From the IMG/VR virus record IMGVR_UViG_3300025679_000005: a stretch of DNA of 64,000 bases. One strand, written 5' to 3'. Position 1 is the stretch's first letter; the number at the start of each line of letters is the position of its first letter. Shown one piece after another: positions 27,201 to 38,197 of the stretch. A program made the translations under genes and the position numbers. This stretch comes from a virus. Taxonomy: Duplodnaviria; Caudoviricetes. The notes under the pieces are model-generated. The model made no database searches and was not told where the DNA came from. It saw nothing but the letters and a program-made list of their open reading frames with translations.

Positions 27201-27262
27201 TTCGTTGCTAGGGCAGGTTCAGGGGTGGGCGACTGCCACCAAGATCCACCCTAGAACCTGCC

Positions 27263-30200
27263 TCATAAGTCACGCACCCAATTGGTTGGCACGCCACCGG
27301 CTCCAGCACTAGCCCCAGCAGGGCCACCAGCATTATATGTGCCTGGTCCTAATTCCATTGCCAAATTAGAGCCCATGTCTACCAAAATAACTCTACCTCC
27401 ACCACCGGCAGACCCACCACCACCACTCTGACTGATTAGTCCGTTGCCGCCCGCGCCGGCCGCGCCACCAGTGACATCGAAGGCCCCCGTAATGGTAGCA
27501 CCAGACTTGACAAAATAACTAAAGAACCACCAGCCGCCACCACCCCCAGAGCCGCCACCACCCCCACCAACAAAAGTTGAAAGTTGGCCATTTGGTGCAA
27601 AACCGCCAACTCCACCAGCGCCACCTTTAGCTTGGAAAATAGCTGATGTACGTGCAGTTCCGGTAACTACCCGATAACAAGAGATGTAACCAAAGCCGCC
27701 ACCGGCTCCACCACCACCGGCAGCACCAGCTGTTGACGTATTACCCGTGTCATTACCACCGGTCCCACCAGAAGAACCGGGAGCGCCGGCTGTTAGAAAG
27801 CCGTATCCGCTAGCGTTAGAGGGTGCAACACGTATTGCACCAAAAAAGTCACAAGCCCATCTATGATAGCTTACTGTGAGGTCTGTAGTTGTCCCAATAC
27901 CGCCACTGCCACCTACATTATCACCAGCTCCGCCATCCCCACCCGGGCCACTAGGACCACCTTGACAAACTTTGATAGCAACTATTGAAGTTCCTGGCTC
28001 ACCACCCAGTGCTGGGAACCCTCCAAAAGCATTTGGACCATCATAACCTACTAGAGATCCAGCTATTGTTCCGTCGCTGCTTCCAGCTCCACCCCCACCA
28101 CCTACAGAACCGGATGCGTTGGCGCCTGCATTAGCAACAACAAAGAAGGCTTCTGGTTCAGCATTCGATATGTCAAGAGTGCCTTGAACGAAGATGCGAT
28201 AACCGTTTGGTTTTATGTAACCGTTAACGCCCATCGTAAGATTACGATAATACATATCACTAGTTAGCGTCACTATGGTATTCGTAACGGTTAGATCCCC
28301 ATCAAAGCCATAACCGCAACACATTGAACGCAATGGATTTACGTGTTCAGCGTCGTTATCCACAATTCGCCAAACATCAGTTACTATCTGTTCTATCACC
28401 AATTTTGAATTAGTACCAGCTAAGCCAACAGTGCTAGCACTAGTGGTAATACCAGCGCTGGTGATCAACGTTACGGTCGACAATGGCTGAATAAGTACTG
28501 GATGGTCGTCGTCCGTCTGAACGATCTCAATTCGAGCAGGTACAGGAAAATTCACAGCAGAGTTAAGTGGAATCTGAATGACAGTGTCTGGACTCCAAGT
28601 ACACAGTATGATTCCGTTAGCATCACTTAGCTGTAGTGTGTAGTTAGGGCTACCCGTGGGGACAGTCCTAATGCCACTTACGCCACCTGCTGGGCCTGGG
28701 GGGCCGGCAGGACCCGTTCCGCCAGCAGCATCAAGCACCGTGACGAGACCGGATTGCTCTCGGATCTTGGCCTTGTGATCAGCTGGGTCCACATAGAGGA
28801 TCGTTCCGCCACTAGGGTTAGCGCTCGGAATAGTCCCCGCTTCGGCGATGTAGATGACGCCGTTGCCGGTGTTTGGCGGCATCTGAGTGGTCGAGAGAGA
28901 GGCGTTGTAACAGAGGGCAAGAACTGCTGCAGGAGAGGCAGAGGTGTTGAGGTTCGCTAGCTCGACTAGGCGTGCTGGCGTTCCGGAAACGATACCAGTA
29001 CTGAGACCACCCATCTGGAGATAGACGCGCCCTTGAGGCCCCGTAGTCCCACTGTTGCCGCTCACTACCCCGACATCACCACCAGTGACATTGGCGTTTT
29101 GACCGTTCAGAAAAAGGGGCGCCCCAGTACTGTTTCCGGTAGCTCCAATCCAAAATGACATCGACCGAAGATTCGATGTTCCTAGTGCACCGATCACAGT
29201 TCGTTGGTTTGCGACCACTTCGTTGAATACCAGATTCCCAATCGTTCCTGAGATGTTACAGGTAATAATATCAGAGGCACCCCCGCCGAGGGCAAAACCA
29301 CCAACTATGGTTTCCCCACGCAGCTGAATCCCCCCTGTTCCATTTATAGCCACACCCGTAAAATCACCAGTGTTGGCCGCGTTTCTAAAATTGATCGTCG
29401 ATGCATTTCCAAGGCGGAGTGTTCCCGTTGCCGATGGGTTGGTTCCTAGAGACAGCGAACCGGTCGTCACCAAGTTCTGAGCAGCGAAATTGTCCCCTGG
29501 TGCGTACGTTGTCCCGTTCCAGATCAGCGCTTGCCCAAGAGTGCCCGCTGCGTAGGGCGCACCTGCGAGGTCTAGGATCGTAACCAGACCCGATTGCTCT
29601 CGGATCTTGGCCTTGTGATCCGCGGGGTCTACGTAGAGGATAGTGCCACCACTTGGGTTAGCGCTAGGGATCGTTCCAGCTTCACGGAGGTAGATGACGC
29701 CGTCGCCCGTGTTCGTGGGCATCTGCGTGGTAGAGAGCACACCGTTGAAGCAGAGAGACAACACGCCAGCCGGTGACGCAGTTGTGTTCAGATTCGCCAG
29801 CTCGATCATCTGGTAACCGACACCAGACACCTGGCCGTTGACGAACCCACCCATTTGGATGGCGACCCGCCCTTGCGTCAACCCAAGCCCTGAGGCGAGA
29901 TAAAGGGCGCCACCCGTCGTGATTGCGCCCTGGGCGACGATACTCAGCGCTCTGCCCGTCGCTGACGACGTTGCGTGAATCTGCAATGTGCAATTACCTG
30001 CGCTGGAAGCGTCTGCGAATTGCATGATGCTCTGCGCACCAGTTGCCGACACCAACGCCATCACAACCTGTGTTCCGCTATTTCCAACGCTGAAAACTGG
30101 TGCACCCCCACCCCACAGTTGGACACCGTTGTTCGCAACTTCGGAGTTGAGGATGACGCTTCCTCCACCCACAAATAGCGTCGGAACATCCCCAGTGTTG

Positions 30201-33200
30201 GCTACGTTCCGGAAGACGACCGTCGCAGCGTTCCCAAGGCGGAGCGAACCGACTCTGGCTGGCGTTGCTCCTAGCGACAACGCTCCTGTAGTTACTAGAT
30301 TCTGAGGAGAGAAGTTGTCGCCCGGCTGCCACGACGTGCCGTCCCAGATGAGCGCTTGTCCTAGTGTGGCTCCGTCCTGAAGTAGGCCTCCTAGTGGAAT
30401 TTGACCATAGACCAGAGAGGACGTGTCAGAGAGGAGGACGAAAGAACAGTTGGAATTAGGATACGAGATAGGTACTTGGGAATAGTTTACGTTATTCCCT
30501 GCCATCACAATCTGCTGAGTCGCAGGGATCGCTAGATGGGCTTCCGTATCGGTAACGGCGTTCGCTCCACCGCTGAGGGCGAAGCCTACTGCATAGCTGG
30601 TGCCGAAGCCATATTGCTGGCCAGAGACCTTTATATAACAATCGGGAGCTACAGATACAGCGGTTCCAGACCCGTTGGTCCATTCACAGGCCGCAAAGTC
30701 TATACTCCCCGCAAATTCACTGCCACCGCCCGCGGCTCCCCCACTAAGAGCGTTTCCACCATTGGCAAAGCAATTGCCAATGAACATCTGTATTGGTATA
30801 CCTGCGATCAGGGAAGCCCCGTCAACGAGGCAGCCCATGATCACGGACTCAATCGATCCTAGAAACGCCGTGGTTCCGGCGCCAATGATCCTGCAATTTC
30901 GGAGCTGGGTGCTGCCAGCGAAGCGAGAGACGTTGACGCCTCCCACCAAACATCCTGTTATGTAGTTGCTGTCGGATCCGGCAACGGTATTTAAGAACTC
31001 GGCCCCGTTTGGTAAAATCGCATCCCGAAGAACGAAGTTATCTCCAGACGGACCGCCGTTGGGATGGCCCGGCAGCCTTATTTGGACTCGTGCAATCGTC
31101 ACTCCCAAGGTGTCGACCACTACGGTAGTCCCTGAGGCTATGTTGACGACGTTGACCGTGGCCCCCGAGTCCAAAAACCAGGTCTTAACGTAAGCGTCCG
31201 TTGACCCGCCATTGAGGGCAGTGACGTAGGTGATCGCCCCGACGTTGGCACCGGAGGTAGACCTAATACGGTTACCGGCTGCAAAAGTTCCGGAAACCGT
31301 CGTGATCTCACCCCTCGTAGGAGTCGCCGACTCAACGGTGTTGACCACCGTTGCCAAAGGGATCGGGCTCGAACTCGTGAAGGCGCAAAAGATGTCAAAC
31401 CCCAAGTTACTGCCCACCGGAGCGGATATGCTTAGTTCAATGGCGCCATAGGACCCAGCCGCAATGTGGACGGCTGTGCTCTGATGGATAGTGAGGGTTG
31501 TCCCCAGCGGGCAAAGAGTTTGAGATAGCTTCTCAGTCGTCGCAAACGCTGTCCCCGAAGTATGGCCATCGTTGGCATCGGAACCGGTCGAAGCATTAAC
31601 ATACCAGTTGGGGACCTTTGCTACGGCCTCGCTGAACATCAGCGTATAGGGATCGATATTGTAGAAGCCAGGGGTGTTATCGAGAGCAAAGGAAGTCCCG
31701 GAATTCGGAAGATTGAACGGGATCGCTGAGTACGGAAACCTATGTCCGTCGGCAACAATTTGAACGGTTGCCGGTATGTTTTGGAGGGACGAGACTAGTC
31801 CGTACATCGTGGCATTGCTGCCGGCCTCAAGCTCGATTCCAATCCCGTACGGAGTCGACAACCCCCAGATATTAGAGAGCAGGTACAGAGCACAGGTTGG
31901 GGCGACTTCAATAGCAGTTAGTCCTGAACTGCCATTCTCGATCTCAAGGACCCCCAATTCAGCAGTCGTGTCTAGAGCTAGTACAATATTGCCACCATCT
32001 ACGACATTCCCTTGACGAAAATCTATGAACGAGCCACGCTCAAAGGAGACCGGTGACTGAACCGCCAATCCGTAAAATATTGGTTTGCTGTTGTCGAAAA
32101 CAGTTGCCGCTGTGATCCGGTTGTACTCGAAGTTCGCCTGAACACCGTACCAATTCCCCGATATCTCGCAACCAACGAAATACAGGTAATAGTCCGAGTC
32201 GATGAACGAAGACTCTGCTCTTGTAACTTGCGGAAGAATGCAGCTAACGACGGCACTCCGGCCTACTCCGTTGTTGGAAATGGAAAGACTAGAGATCGTC
32301 GTCAGTAGTGTGTCGACAGAAACCTGACCTCCTGGGGCCAGATTGACCGCGTGTCCAGATGCGTCAAGCCACGTCGAAACGAAACTGTTCTGAGCGTTGG
32401 CATTGAGCCCTGTTGAATAGGCGACTTGACCAGCTACACTGGTAGACCATCCCCCGCCTGGCGCCAAGAAATTGGGGGGTGAGGATAGGCGTTGGTGGGC
32501 AACCAGCGTCCCGCTCGCAACAGTGATTTGCCCGCGAGTGGTTGGAACTGCCGTGTTGACGACGGCGGTCACGTTGCCAGTTACGGCTTGTGAGATGGTT
32601 CCCCAGATGACGAAATCGTTAGAGGACTCGGCGATATTTGGCCAAGAAATATCCAGGGTCAGCTTGCCATACGAGCCAGCCGCAATGAAGACGTTAGTAC
32701 TCTGCTGGATAATGCACTTGGCGCCGCCTGGGCAGAGCCTATGGCTCAGCTCCTCGACAGAGGCGAGCGGATGGGTGATGGTCCCATCATTGGTGTCGTT
32801 ACCCGTAGAAGCATTGACGTACCAATTGGCGACATAGGCAGCGCCCAATCCATGGCGCACCCATCGGGCGGTGTTGGGTGTAGTCGGCTGAACGATGTTC
32901 ACGCCATCCGTCGCCGCAATCAACGACGAGCTAGGAATTGTCACCAGCTCGTAGATATCGTCGGGAGTCACAACAGACGCTAACAACCCGTTGGTTAGAC
33001 CAGTTGCATCGAATGTAGTGAGTGTTGCCAGAGTCTGGAATACAGGCAACGCTCCTGAGGGACCCGGAGGACCTGGAGGACCTGCTGTGCCTACTGTCTT
33101 TATGGCATTGTCCAGCAGTCCGTCGCTCCCGGTACCAGCCCAACCAAAGCCCTCGCGGCCCCCTAGGTTAGTCTCGTTCGGCTTTGCCCCAGGTAAGCCC

Positions 33201-34033
33201 GATGCGAGAGGGGGTAGTGGTTTTGGCCAGATCTGTGTTGGTGGGCAGAATAGCCCGTTTACCTCTTTGCAGAGGATGTTACGCATGTCTGTGTCTAGGG
33301 GGTTGCCCACCCTAGATGTCACACCCCATACCTTGTGTACGAACCTGTAGCTGCCAGGGATGTCGACCAGAACGAACTGAGCCAAAGCCGGGCTCGACGT
33401 TGTATCGTCCGAGTGGGCTAGGTCTATCGTTATTGCTTGTGATGCACCAACTGGAGTCCATACACAGTCTAGCTGCCAGCTGAGGACCCCTGTATCGTCG
33501 CTGTTCTTGACACACAACGATATCGGTGTTTCGTTGTTTTCTAGCCCGACCGCCCAACCGGCTGTCTGGGTGACGAACGGAGTGATGGTCAGTGTCGAGA
33601 GATTGCCGGTTCCAGGCGATGTTGCGAATGCTACACTCGTGCCAATTGCGGTTACCCCGAACTGTACCTTTACTGTGTCCGTGGCCTTTAGCGACAACTT
33701 TACGGTCGTCGCGAACGTCGGGATCGCTGTCTGTGCTGTCCCCGTCACACTCGCAATCGGCGTTGAGGCAACCACTACATCGTTGATGAGTAGGTACGCT
33801 CTTGTATCTGCACGTGAGCCAACCAGCGCTGTACAGTCCAGCCGACCCACCATCTGAAAGGCGTATTCGCCTGTCGATGGGATCGTGTAGATTGGTGCCG
33901 TGTGGTTTGGGAAAGCGTCGTAAAGCTCCTCTGTTGTGAGGGCTGTCAAAGGAAAAGGGAACGCCGTGTCTGTTTTGACGACGTTTCCAGCCGTGTTCTG
34001 CTTCGAGAACTGGATTAGCGCTGTAGCAGGCAT
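27263..34033 (-). CDS. 2256-aa tail fibre / receptor-binding or adhesin-like protein
   Basis: Collagen-like GPP triplets, duplicated NWYVNASTGxDxNDG modules, duplicated ~80-aa block, Gly-rich C-terminus. Confidence 0.8.
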   Translation of the reverse strand: MPATALIQFSKQNTAGNVVKTDTAFPFPLTALTTEELYDAFPNHTAPIYTIPSTGEYAFQMVGRLDCTALVGSRADTRAYLLINDVVVASTPIASVTGTAQTAIPTFATTVKLSLKATDTVKVQFGVTAIGTSVAFATSPGTGNLSTLTITPFVTQTAGWAVGLENNETPISLCVKNSDDTGVLSWQLDCVWTPVGASQAITIDLAHSDDTTSSPALAQFVLVDIPGSYRFVHKVWGVTSRVGNPLDTDMRNILCKEVNGLFCPPTQIWPKPLPPLASGLPGAKPNETNLGGREGFGWAGTGSDGLLDNAIKTVGTAGPPGPPGPSGALPVFQTLATLTTFDATGLTNGLLASVVTPDDIYELVTIPSSSLIAATDGVNIVQPTTPNTARWVRHGLGAAYVANWYVNASTGNDTNDGTITHPLASVEELSHRLCPGGAKCIIQQSTNVFIAAGSYGKLTLDISWPNIAESSNDFVIWGTISQAVTGNVTAVVNTAVPTTRGQITVASGTLVAHQRLSSPPNFLAPGGGWSTSVAGQVAYSTGLNANAQNSFVSTWLDASGHAVNLAPGGQVSVDTLLTTISSLSISNNGVGRSAVVSCILPQVTRAESSFIDSDYYLYFVGCEISGNWYGVQANFEYNRITAATVFDNSKPIFYGLAVQSPVSFERGSFIDFRQGNVVDGGNIVLALDTTAELGVLEIENGSSGLTAIEVAPTCALYLLSNIWGLSTPYGIGIELEAGSNATMYGLVSSLQNIPATVQIVADGHRFPYSAIPFNLPNSGTSFALDNTPGFYNIDPYTLMFSEAVAKVPNWYVNASTGSDANDGHTSGTAFATTEKLSQTLCPLGTTLTIHQSTAVHIAAGSYGAIELSISAPVGSNLGFDIFCAFTSSSPIPLATVVNTVESATPTRGEITTVSGTFAAGNRIRSTSGANVGAITYVTALNGGSTDAYVKTWFLDSGATVNVVNIASGTTVVVDTLGVTIARVQIRLPGHPNGGPSGDNFVLRDAILPNGAEFLNTVAGSDSNYITGCLVGGVNVSRFAGSTQLRNCRIIGAGTTAFLGSIESVIMGCLVDGASLIAGIPIQMFIGNCFANGGNALSGGAAGGGSEFAGSIDFAACEWTNGSGTAVSVAPDCYIKVSGQQYGFGTSYAVGFALSGGANAVTDTEAHLAIPATQQIVMAGNNVNYSQVPISYPNSNCSFVLLSDTSSLVYGQIPLGGLLQDGATLGQALIWDGTSWQPGDNFSPQNLVTTGALSLGATPARVGSLRLGNAATVVFRNVANTGDVPTLFVGGGSVILNSEVANNGVQLWGGGAPVFSVGNSGTQVVMALVSATGAQSIMQFADASSAGNCTLQIHATSSATGRALSIVAQGAITTGGALYLASGLGLTQGRVAIQMGGFVNGQVSGVGYQMIELANLNTTASPAGVLSLCFNGVLSTTQMPTNTGDGVIYLREAGTIPSANPSGGTILYVDPADHKAKIREQSGLVTILDLAGAPYAAGTLGQALIWNGTTYAPGDNFAAQNLVTTGSLSLGTNPSATGTLRLGNASTINFRNAANTGDFTGVAINGTGGIQLRGETIVGGFALGGGASDIITCNISGTIGNLVFNEVVANQRTVIGALGTSNLRSMSFWIGATGNSTGAPLFLNGQNANVTGGDVGVVSGNSGTTGPQGRVYLQMGGLSTGIVSGTPARLVELANLNTSASPAAVLALCYNASLSTTQMPPNTGNGVIYIAEAGTIPSANPSGGTILYVDPADHKAKIREQSGLVTVLDAAGGTGPAGPPGPAGGVSGIRTVPTGSPNYTLQLSDANGIILCTWSPDTVIQIPLNSAVNFPVPARIEIVQTDDDHPVLIQPLSTVTLITSAGITTSASTVGLAGTNSKLVIEQIVTDVWRIVDNDAEHVNPLRSMCCGYGFDGDLTVTNTIVTLTSDMYYRNLTMGVNGYIKPNGYRIFVQGTLDISNAEPEAFFVVANAGANASGSVGGGGGAGSSDGTIAGSLVGYDGPNAFGGFPALGGEPGTSIVAIKVCQGGPSGPGGDGGAGDNVGGSGGIGTTTDLTVSYHRWACDFFGAIRVAPSNASGYGFLTAGAPGSSGGTGGNDTGNTSTAGAAGGGGAGGGFGYISCYRVVTGTARTSAIFQAKGGAGGVGGFAPNGQLSTFVGGGGGGSGGGGGWWFFSYFVKSGATITGAFDVTGGAAGAGGNGLISQSGGGGSAGGGGRVILVDMGSNLAMELGPGTYNAGGPAGASAGAGGVPTNWVRDL

Positions 34034-34074
34034 TTCGGGCTCCTATGGGGGAGCCCGAATAAGAAGAAACCCTA
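34029..34074 (-). repeat. 46-bp direct repeat copy 2
   Basis: Identical to 27155-27200. Confidence 0.95.
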
Positions 34075-34542
34075 GGGGATTAAGCCGAGTTTCATTCCCA
34101 TTTGAAAGGGCAGGCCTTCTTCTTGGCGACCAGGGCATCGTCCATGTACTGAAAGTACCCTATATTAACGTCCGTCCGCCAATCCACCCGGCCTATAAGG
34201 GCGTATTTGGTGGTCGAGGTGTCGTCCTTGCTGATGTAGCAGTCTAGGATTTTGCCGTTCGCGGCGATGAGGCTGTACGTGACCCAAATACCCACAGCCG
34301 AGCAGGCGGACAGGATTAGAAACCATAGAAGGTCGAACATTTTGGACATGGTCAGTATCGGCGGTCTTCTAGGACTGGGCGGGGGGACGGGATTGGCGGC
34401 TTGGGGAAGCCAGGGTCTCAAGGGGTCCCCACCAATGCTGGGGATTGGCGCCCTAGGTAACGGATGTAACCTAGGAGCAGCTATAGCCGCCACGACTTCA
34501 TTGACCGTGATCGTAGGCGGTGTGGGCGCCGGCCTAGGTTCC

Positions 34543-35013
34543 TTACACCAAAGCCTCAAGCCTGTGGATCCCTTCATCGATTTTGGCCAGGACCTCGGCA
34601 TGAGTCCTAGCTGGGGCATCATTGAATTCGATGGCTGAGCCCCCATGCCCTCTGGGGAACATGGCCAGGACGATGTTGTCGTGCATCTCGGAGTCCCCAT
34701 CGGGTACAGCGCCAATCACCTTGAAGATGGCTCCTGAGAGGCAATAGCAACTAGCCTTGGCCGGGTTTGCGGGGAGTCCCTCAGTGTCTTGTGCGTATCG
34801 GCCTTTGATCCAAGCGGATGGCTCCGTAAGAATCTGTCGCACTTCCTTGAGGAAGTCTAGTCTCCTTTGGGTATTGGACATGATCACGCTTCCATTAAAA
34901 AGGAGGGGCGTGCTCCCGGCTTCAGTGCCCTCTAAGGGCTCACAACGGCCGCAGACCGTACAAGAGGACTCGTCGTGGAGGTACACGCAGCCAGTTTCGC
35001 AGGAGCCAGGCAT
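34543..35013 (-). CDS. paralog family P3 (DUF6197-like) protein; start probably later than the track start
   Basis: WIKG..CYCLSGAI..FND..RTHAEVL. Confidence 0.7.
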   Translation of the reverse strand: MPGSCETGCVYLHDESSCTVCGRCEPLEGTEAGSTPLLFNGSVIMSNTQRRLDFLKEVRQILTEPSAWIKGRYAQDTEGLPANPAKASCYCLSGAIFKVIGAVPDGDSEMHDNIVLAMFPRGHGGSAIEFNDAPARTHAEVLAKIDEGIHRLEALV

Positions 35014-35034
35014 TGAGCCAGTCCTTACACCGAA

Positions 35035-35547
35035 TCACCGAAGCGGCTGCGGGGCCCCGTTATTGACCAAGCCCAATGCATATGCCTTGCCGATTCGCTC
35101 AGCGACTACCTTGAGGAGTTCCAAGGGCTTCAAGCTTCCCAGGTCATCCCCATCGCCCACACTGTAATCTCGATTGAAGAGCAGGTAGGCTTCAATGCCG
35201 TTCAGGTTCTGTGCGATAGTCCACTCCCAACCGAAGAAGGCGTACTCTTCCGACTCCTCTGGAGCTTCGAGGCAGGCAAATACATGGCCCATGTCATGGA
35301 CAATGTGGGGCCAGGGGGTTCCCTTGCTGTAATAGATTGCCTTGGCAGCGTAATCCACACCGAGATCGCTGTGCGTAAACGGCGCCAAAGCCCAAGATTC
35401 AGCTTCAGCTCTCTTGGAGAAGGTCTCTTCATCTAGTTCTGTGAGGGAGCCGCCCCACATTTTAACCAAGACCTTCAAGGCCTTGATTTTGATGTCATTA
35501 TCCGGCCCTGAGAGGTAGGCGGCCTCAGAGTCATGGTCGGCTTTCAT
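35035..35547 (-). CDS. hypothetical protein with possible metal-binding HD motif
   Basis: HIVHDMGHVFA. Confidence 0.6.
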   Translation of the reverse strand: MKADHDSEAAYLSGPDNDIKIKALKVLVKMWGGSLTELDEETFSKRAEAESWALAPFTHSDLGVDYAAKAIYYSKGTPWPHIVHDMGHVFACLEAPEESEEYAFFGWEWTIAQNLNGIEAYLLFNRDYSVGDGDDLGSLKPLELLKVVAERIGKAYALGLVNNGAPQPLR

Positions 35548-35616
35548 GCCCTATAGAACGGATCGGCTTCGAGGAAGTTAAGCCTTGAGCTTGGCGAACT
35601 TACGAGCCCTAGAACA

Positions 35617-36129
35617 TCATAGGTCCCACTTGTCCAGACGTTCCCAGAACGGAATCCGCTCAATAGGTTCGACAATGTCAGCTTCAACAGGCTCGATGTC
35701 ATTGCAGCCCAGCCCCGTGCCCATTTCTCTGGACCTCGCAAGGTATGCCTTGAAGTCTTCGGCCTCAGTGAGCGCTGCTCCCCTAAGGAAATGTGTGAAG
35801 ACTAAAGTGTCAAGAGGGGCTCTACGGCAGTCCATCAACGAGGTCGGGATAGGGTAGCCCAATCCAGTATCGATGGATACAACCGCAAGCTCGGTGCCTA
35901 ATTCATACCGGCCTAATTCATACCTGCGCACCACACAATAGCGCTCAAAACCAGGGATAGCCCGAATGGTCGCTATAAGCCAGGCATGTGTCTGCCTCAA
36001 TTGCTCCTTTTTGGAGGCTTCCTCTTCATGCCGCTGTTGACGAGATTGCCGAATCTGAATCCATATAACTCCGCCTGCAAACAGAAGGACGCCTAAAGCC
36101 ACAAATAAGGCAATTAAATCCCTAGACAT
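35617..36129 (-). CDS. TM-anchored protein with WERL tag
   Basis: N-terminal TM; ends PFWERLDKWDL; 15-bp tandem duplication. Confidence 0.7.
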   Translation of the reverse strand: MSRDLIALFVALGVLLFAGGVIWIQIRQSRQQRHEEEASKKEQLRQTHAWLIATIRAIPGFERYCVVRRYELGRYELGTELAVVSIDTGLGYPIPTSLMDCRRAPLDTLVFTHFLRGAALTEAEDFKAYLARSREMGTGLGCNDIEPVEADIVEPIERIPFWERLDKWDL

Positions 36130-36132
36130 CGC

Positions 36133-36999
36133 CTACACCAACGGCTCATCGAGCAATCGCTCCCAAGTCGAGGGACCTACGATGACAGGTTCCTTGGGAG
36201 TAGCCGACTCAGGCTCGACGACACGGACCAGGTCAGGGGTGCTCAGAACCGCCTCAATCAACTCCATCTGCTCACTAGAGAGGTCCCAATTGTTCGCAAG
36301 ATCGAGGAATTCTTGAAGACAATCAGAGGTGTCATCGCTCATGACTGTACCCAGTACGCCGAAAGAGGCCCTATCTTCAACCGCTAGGAGGATGACGGAG
36401 GCCTCACTGACAGTGAGCCACCTCTCGGCCGCGTTACGAGTCACAAAGTTGATCATGGCCACAGTAAGTGCGTTGCCATCGGTGTCGCCACTGGTCCGGA
36501 TCAGGGCGTTATGGCTGAGCCATTGATAGTGCTGATGACGGACATGAGCGATAGCTGGGTGCGGCCCATCAGTCTCCAGTCTGATAGTATCCCCGACACG
36601 AAAGACATAGGGAGTTCCCTCGAATTCGTAAAAGATTCGCTGAGTCGGATGGTACAGGGTGTCCACAGCTCCTGGTGCTACCCAGTTTTCGTTGAGCAAT
36701 ACCCGAAGAATTCGTTGAGGGACCTGGGCTGAAATAGGTGGGCCCTCCTGAGTGCTAGCCAAATCGGCCGTCGCCCGGAATTCATCGCCACCATTGAGGT
36801 TGGCCCCTCTGAAGAAGGTCGACCAGCCCATGCTGTTACCGCCCAGGGCCTCCAACTCTCCGTCCTCGATGAAAGGCGCACTCGTATTCTCCATGACATA
36901 GACAGGGCGATTGGCCTCGATCCTGGCCAGTTGAAACCATCCCTGGACGTACCCAAGCTCCAGGTCATGCTCGGATATGACAAGTTCCCTAGGAGGCAT
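36133..36999 (-). CDS. LSPxQ-domain / WERL-tag family protein
   Basis: LSSEQMELIEAVL..STWERLLDEPLV. Confidence 0.8.
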   Translation of the reverse strand: MPPRELVISEHDLELGYVQGWFQLARIEANRPVYVMENTSAPFIEDGELEALGGNSMGWSTFFRGANLNGGDEFRATADLASTQEGPPISAQVPQRILRVLLNENWVAPGAVDTLYHPTQRIFYEFEGTPYVFRVGDTIRLETDGPHPAIAHVRHQHYQWLSHNALIRTSGDTDGNALTVAMINFVTRNAAERWLTVSEASVILLAVEDRASFGVLGTVMSDDTSDCLQEFLDLANNWDLSSEQMELIEAVLSTPDLVRVVEPESATPKEPVIVGPSTWERLLDEPLV

Positions 37000-37183
37000 T
37001 TGTCACCGGGATCAGCTCGTAATGCTCCCGCTTCTTCCCACGGGATACCAACGCCTGCTCCCATTCGCTAGCAGTCTTCTGCATCGCCTCCTTGGGGTCC
37101 TGAGTCCACCGGTTCCAAGCGCCTATCATCTCCGCGATGTAGAGGGGCGTGGGGCTGTCCTTGAACTTGACGATGTACTGCAT
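36989..37183 (-). CDS. stand-alone copy of family P4 domain
   Basis: LYIAEM..RWTQD..EA..KT..EW..HYELIPV, shared with C-termini of 39520-40254 and 40251-40757. Confidence 0.65.
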   Translation of the reverse strand: MQYIVKFKDSPTPLYIAEMIGAWNRWTQDPKEAMQKTASEWEQALVSRGKKREHYELIPVTNAS

Positions 37184-37885
37184 TTTTTAGGCCTAGTTGG
37201 CTGGAGGGCGAGCCATTCTGACGAAGGATTCCTGAGCCAAACGCAGCTTTCGCAGCCACTCGGTGTCGGCCTCAGAAAGCGGATCCCCTGCAAAGAGGCG
37301 CTTCATGGTTGCAACAGCTTCTTCATCGGACATACCCCATTGAAGCAGGCAGAAGAGCGTGAATTCCGGCGATGAGGCATGGTCCTTAGCCTCTTGCTCT
37401 GTCTTGAAAACTTGAATAGTCATTATTCCGGCACCACATCTTCGTTGTTGAACACTTGCCTCTTCTTGGCTACCACGAACACACTGGCGATGTCACCCAC
37501 CTCAATGCACACCATCGCCTGGTCCCAGCCGTAACGCCGGACAGCTTCTTCAGTAGGGCGGTAATAGCGTCCAGGTTTGACGACCGCCTTCATTGAAGAG
37601 CACGCCTGGCATCATCGATCATGGGAGATGGTCGCCAACGGTGCTGAACTCAGTGATCCCCATCTGGCTAAGCCAATTTTCAGCATAACCCTGACGGCAT
37701 TCAATGGACAAGTGCGCTGGGTAACCCATCTCAGGAAAGGGCGTAGGACCGTCGAATCCGATGACAATCGTGTCCGTACCTCGGGTTCGAACGACAGTGA
37801 CCTTAGTGATTTCGATTTCTAGCTTCATGATCAGTTCCTACGTCCAGCTTGGCCTGAGCTTAAGAGGGTCTACACCAAAATAGCG

Positions 37886-37920
37886 AAACCCCCGAGGATG
37901 TGGCCACAGCCCGGGGGTTT
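37886..37920 (-). terminator. probable intrinsic terminator
   Basis: aaacccccg..cgggggttt stem; T-rich tail on the minus strand. Confidence 0.6.
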
Positions 37921-38197
37921 CTAAGCTCGTTACACGGGAGGAACGCTAACCCCTCCAAGGCGACCGTTTATGGGGCGGTCCCAAGCCTGTTCGCGACTAC
38001 TAGAGATCCCGTCGAATCTCGTTCGAGGGGCGAACCAATTTACGCTTGCTTAACATGTCGAGCCTACCTGTCCTTACGGCTGAGGGCCGTGGCCCTTAAG
38101 GGCTGTTGTAGGAATTGTTAGGCCTACATGTAGGTACAGTGTATGTTTTATTCGGAAAAGATCGTGCCAACATCGAATCGGTGTAGGATCTAAGGCA

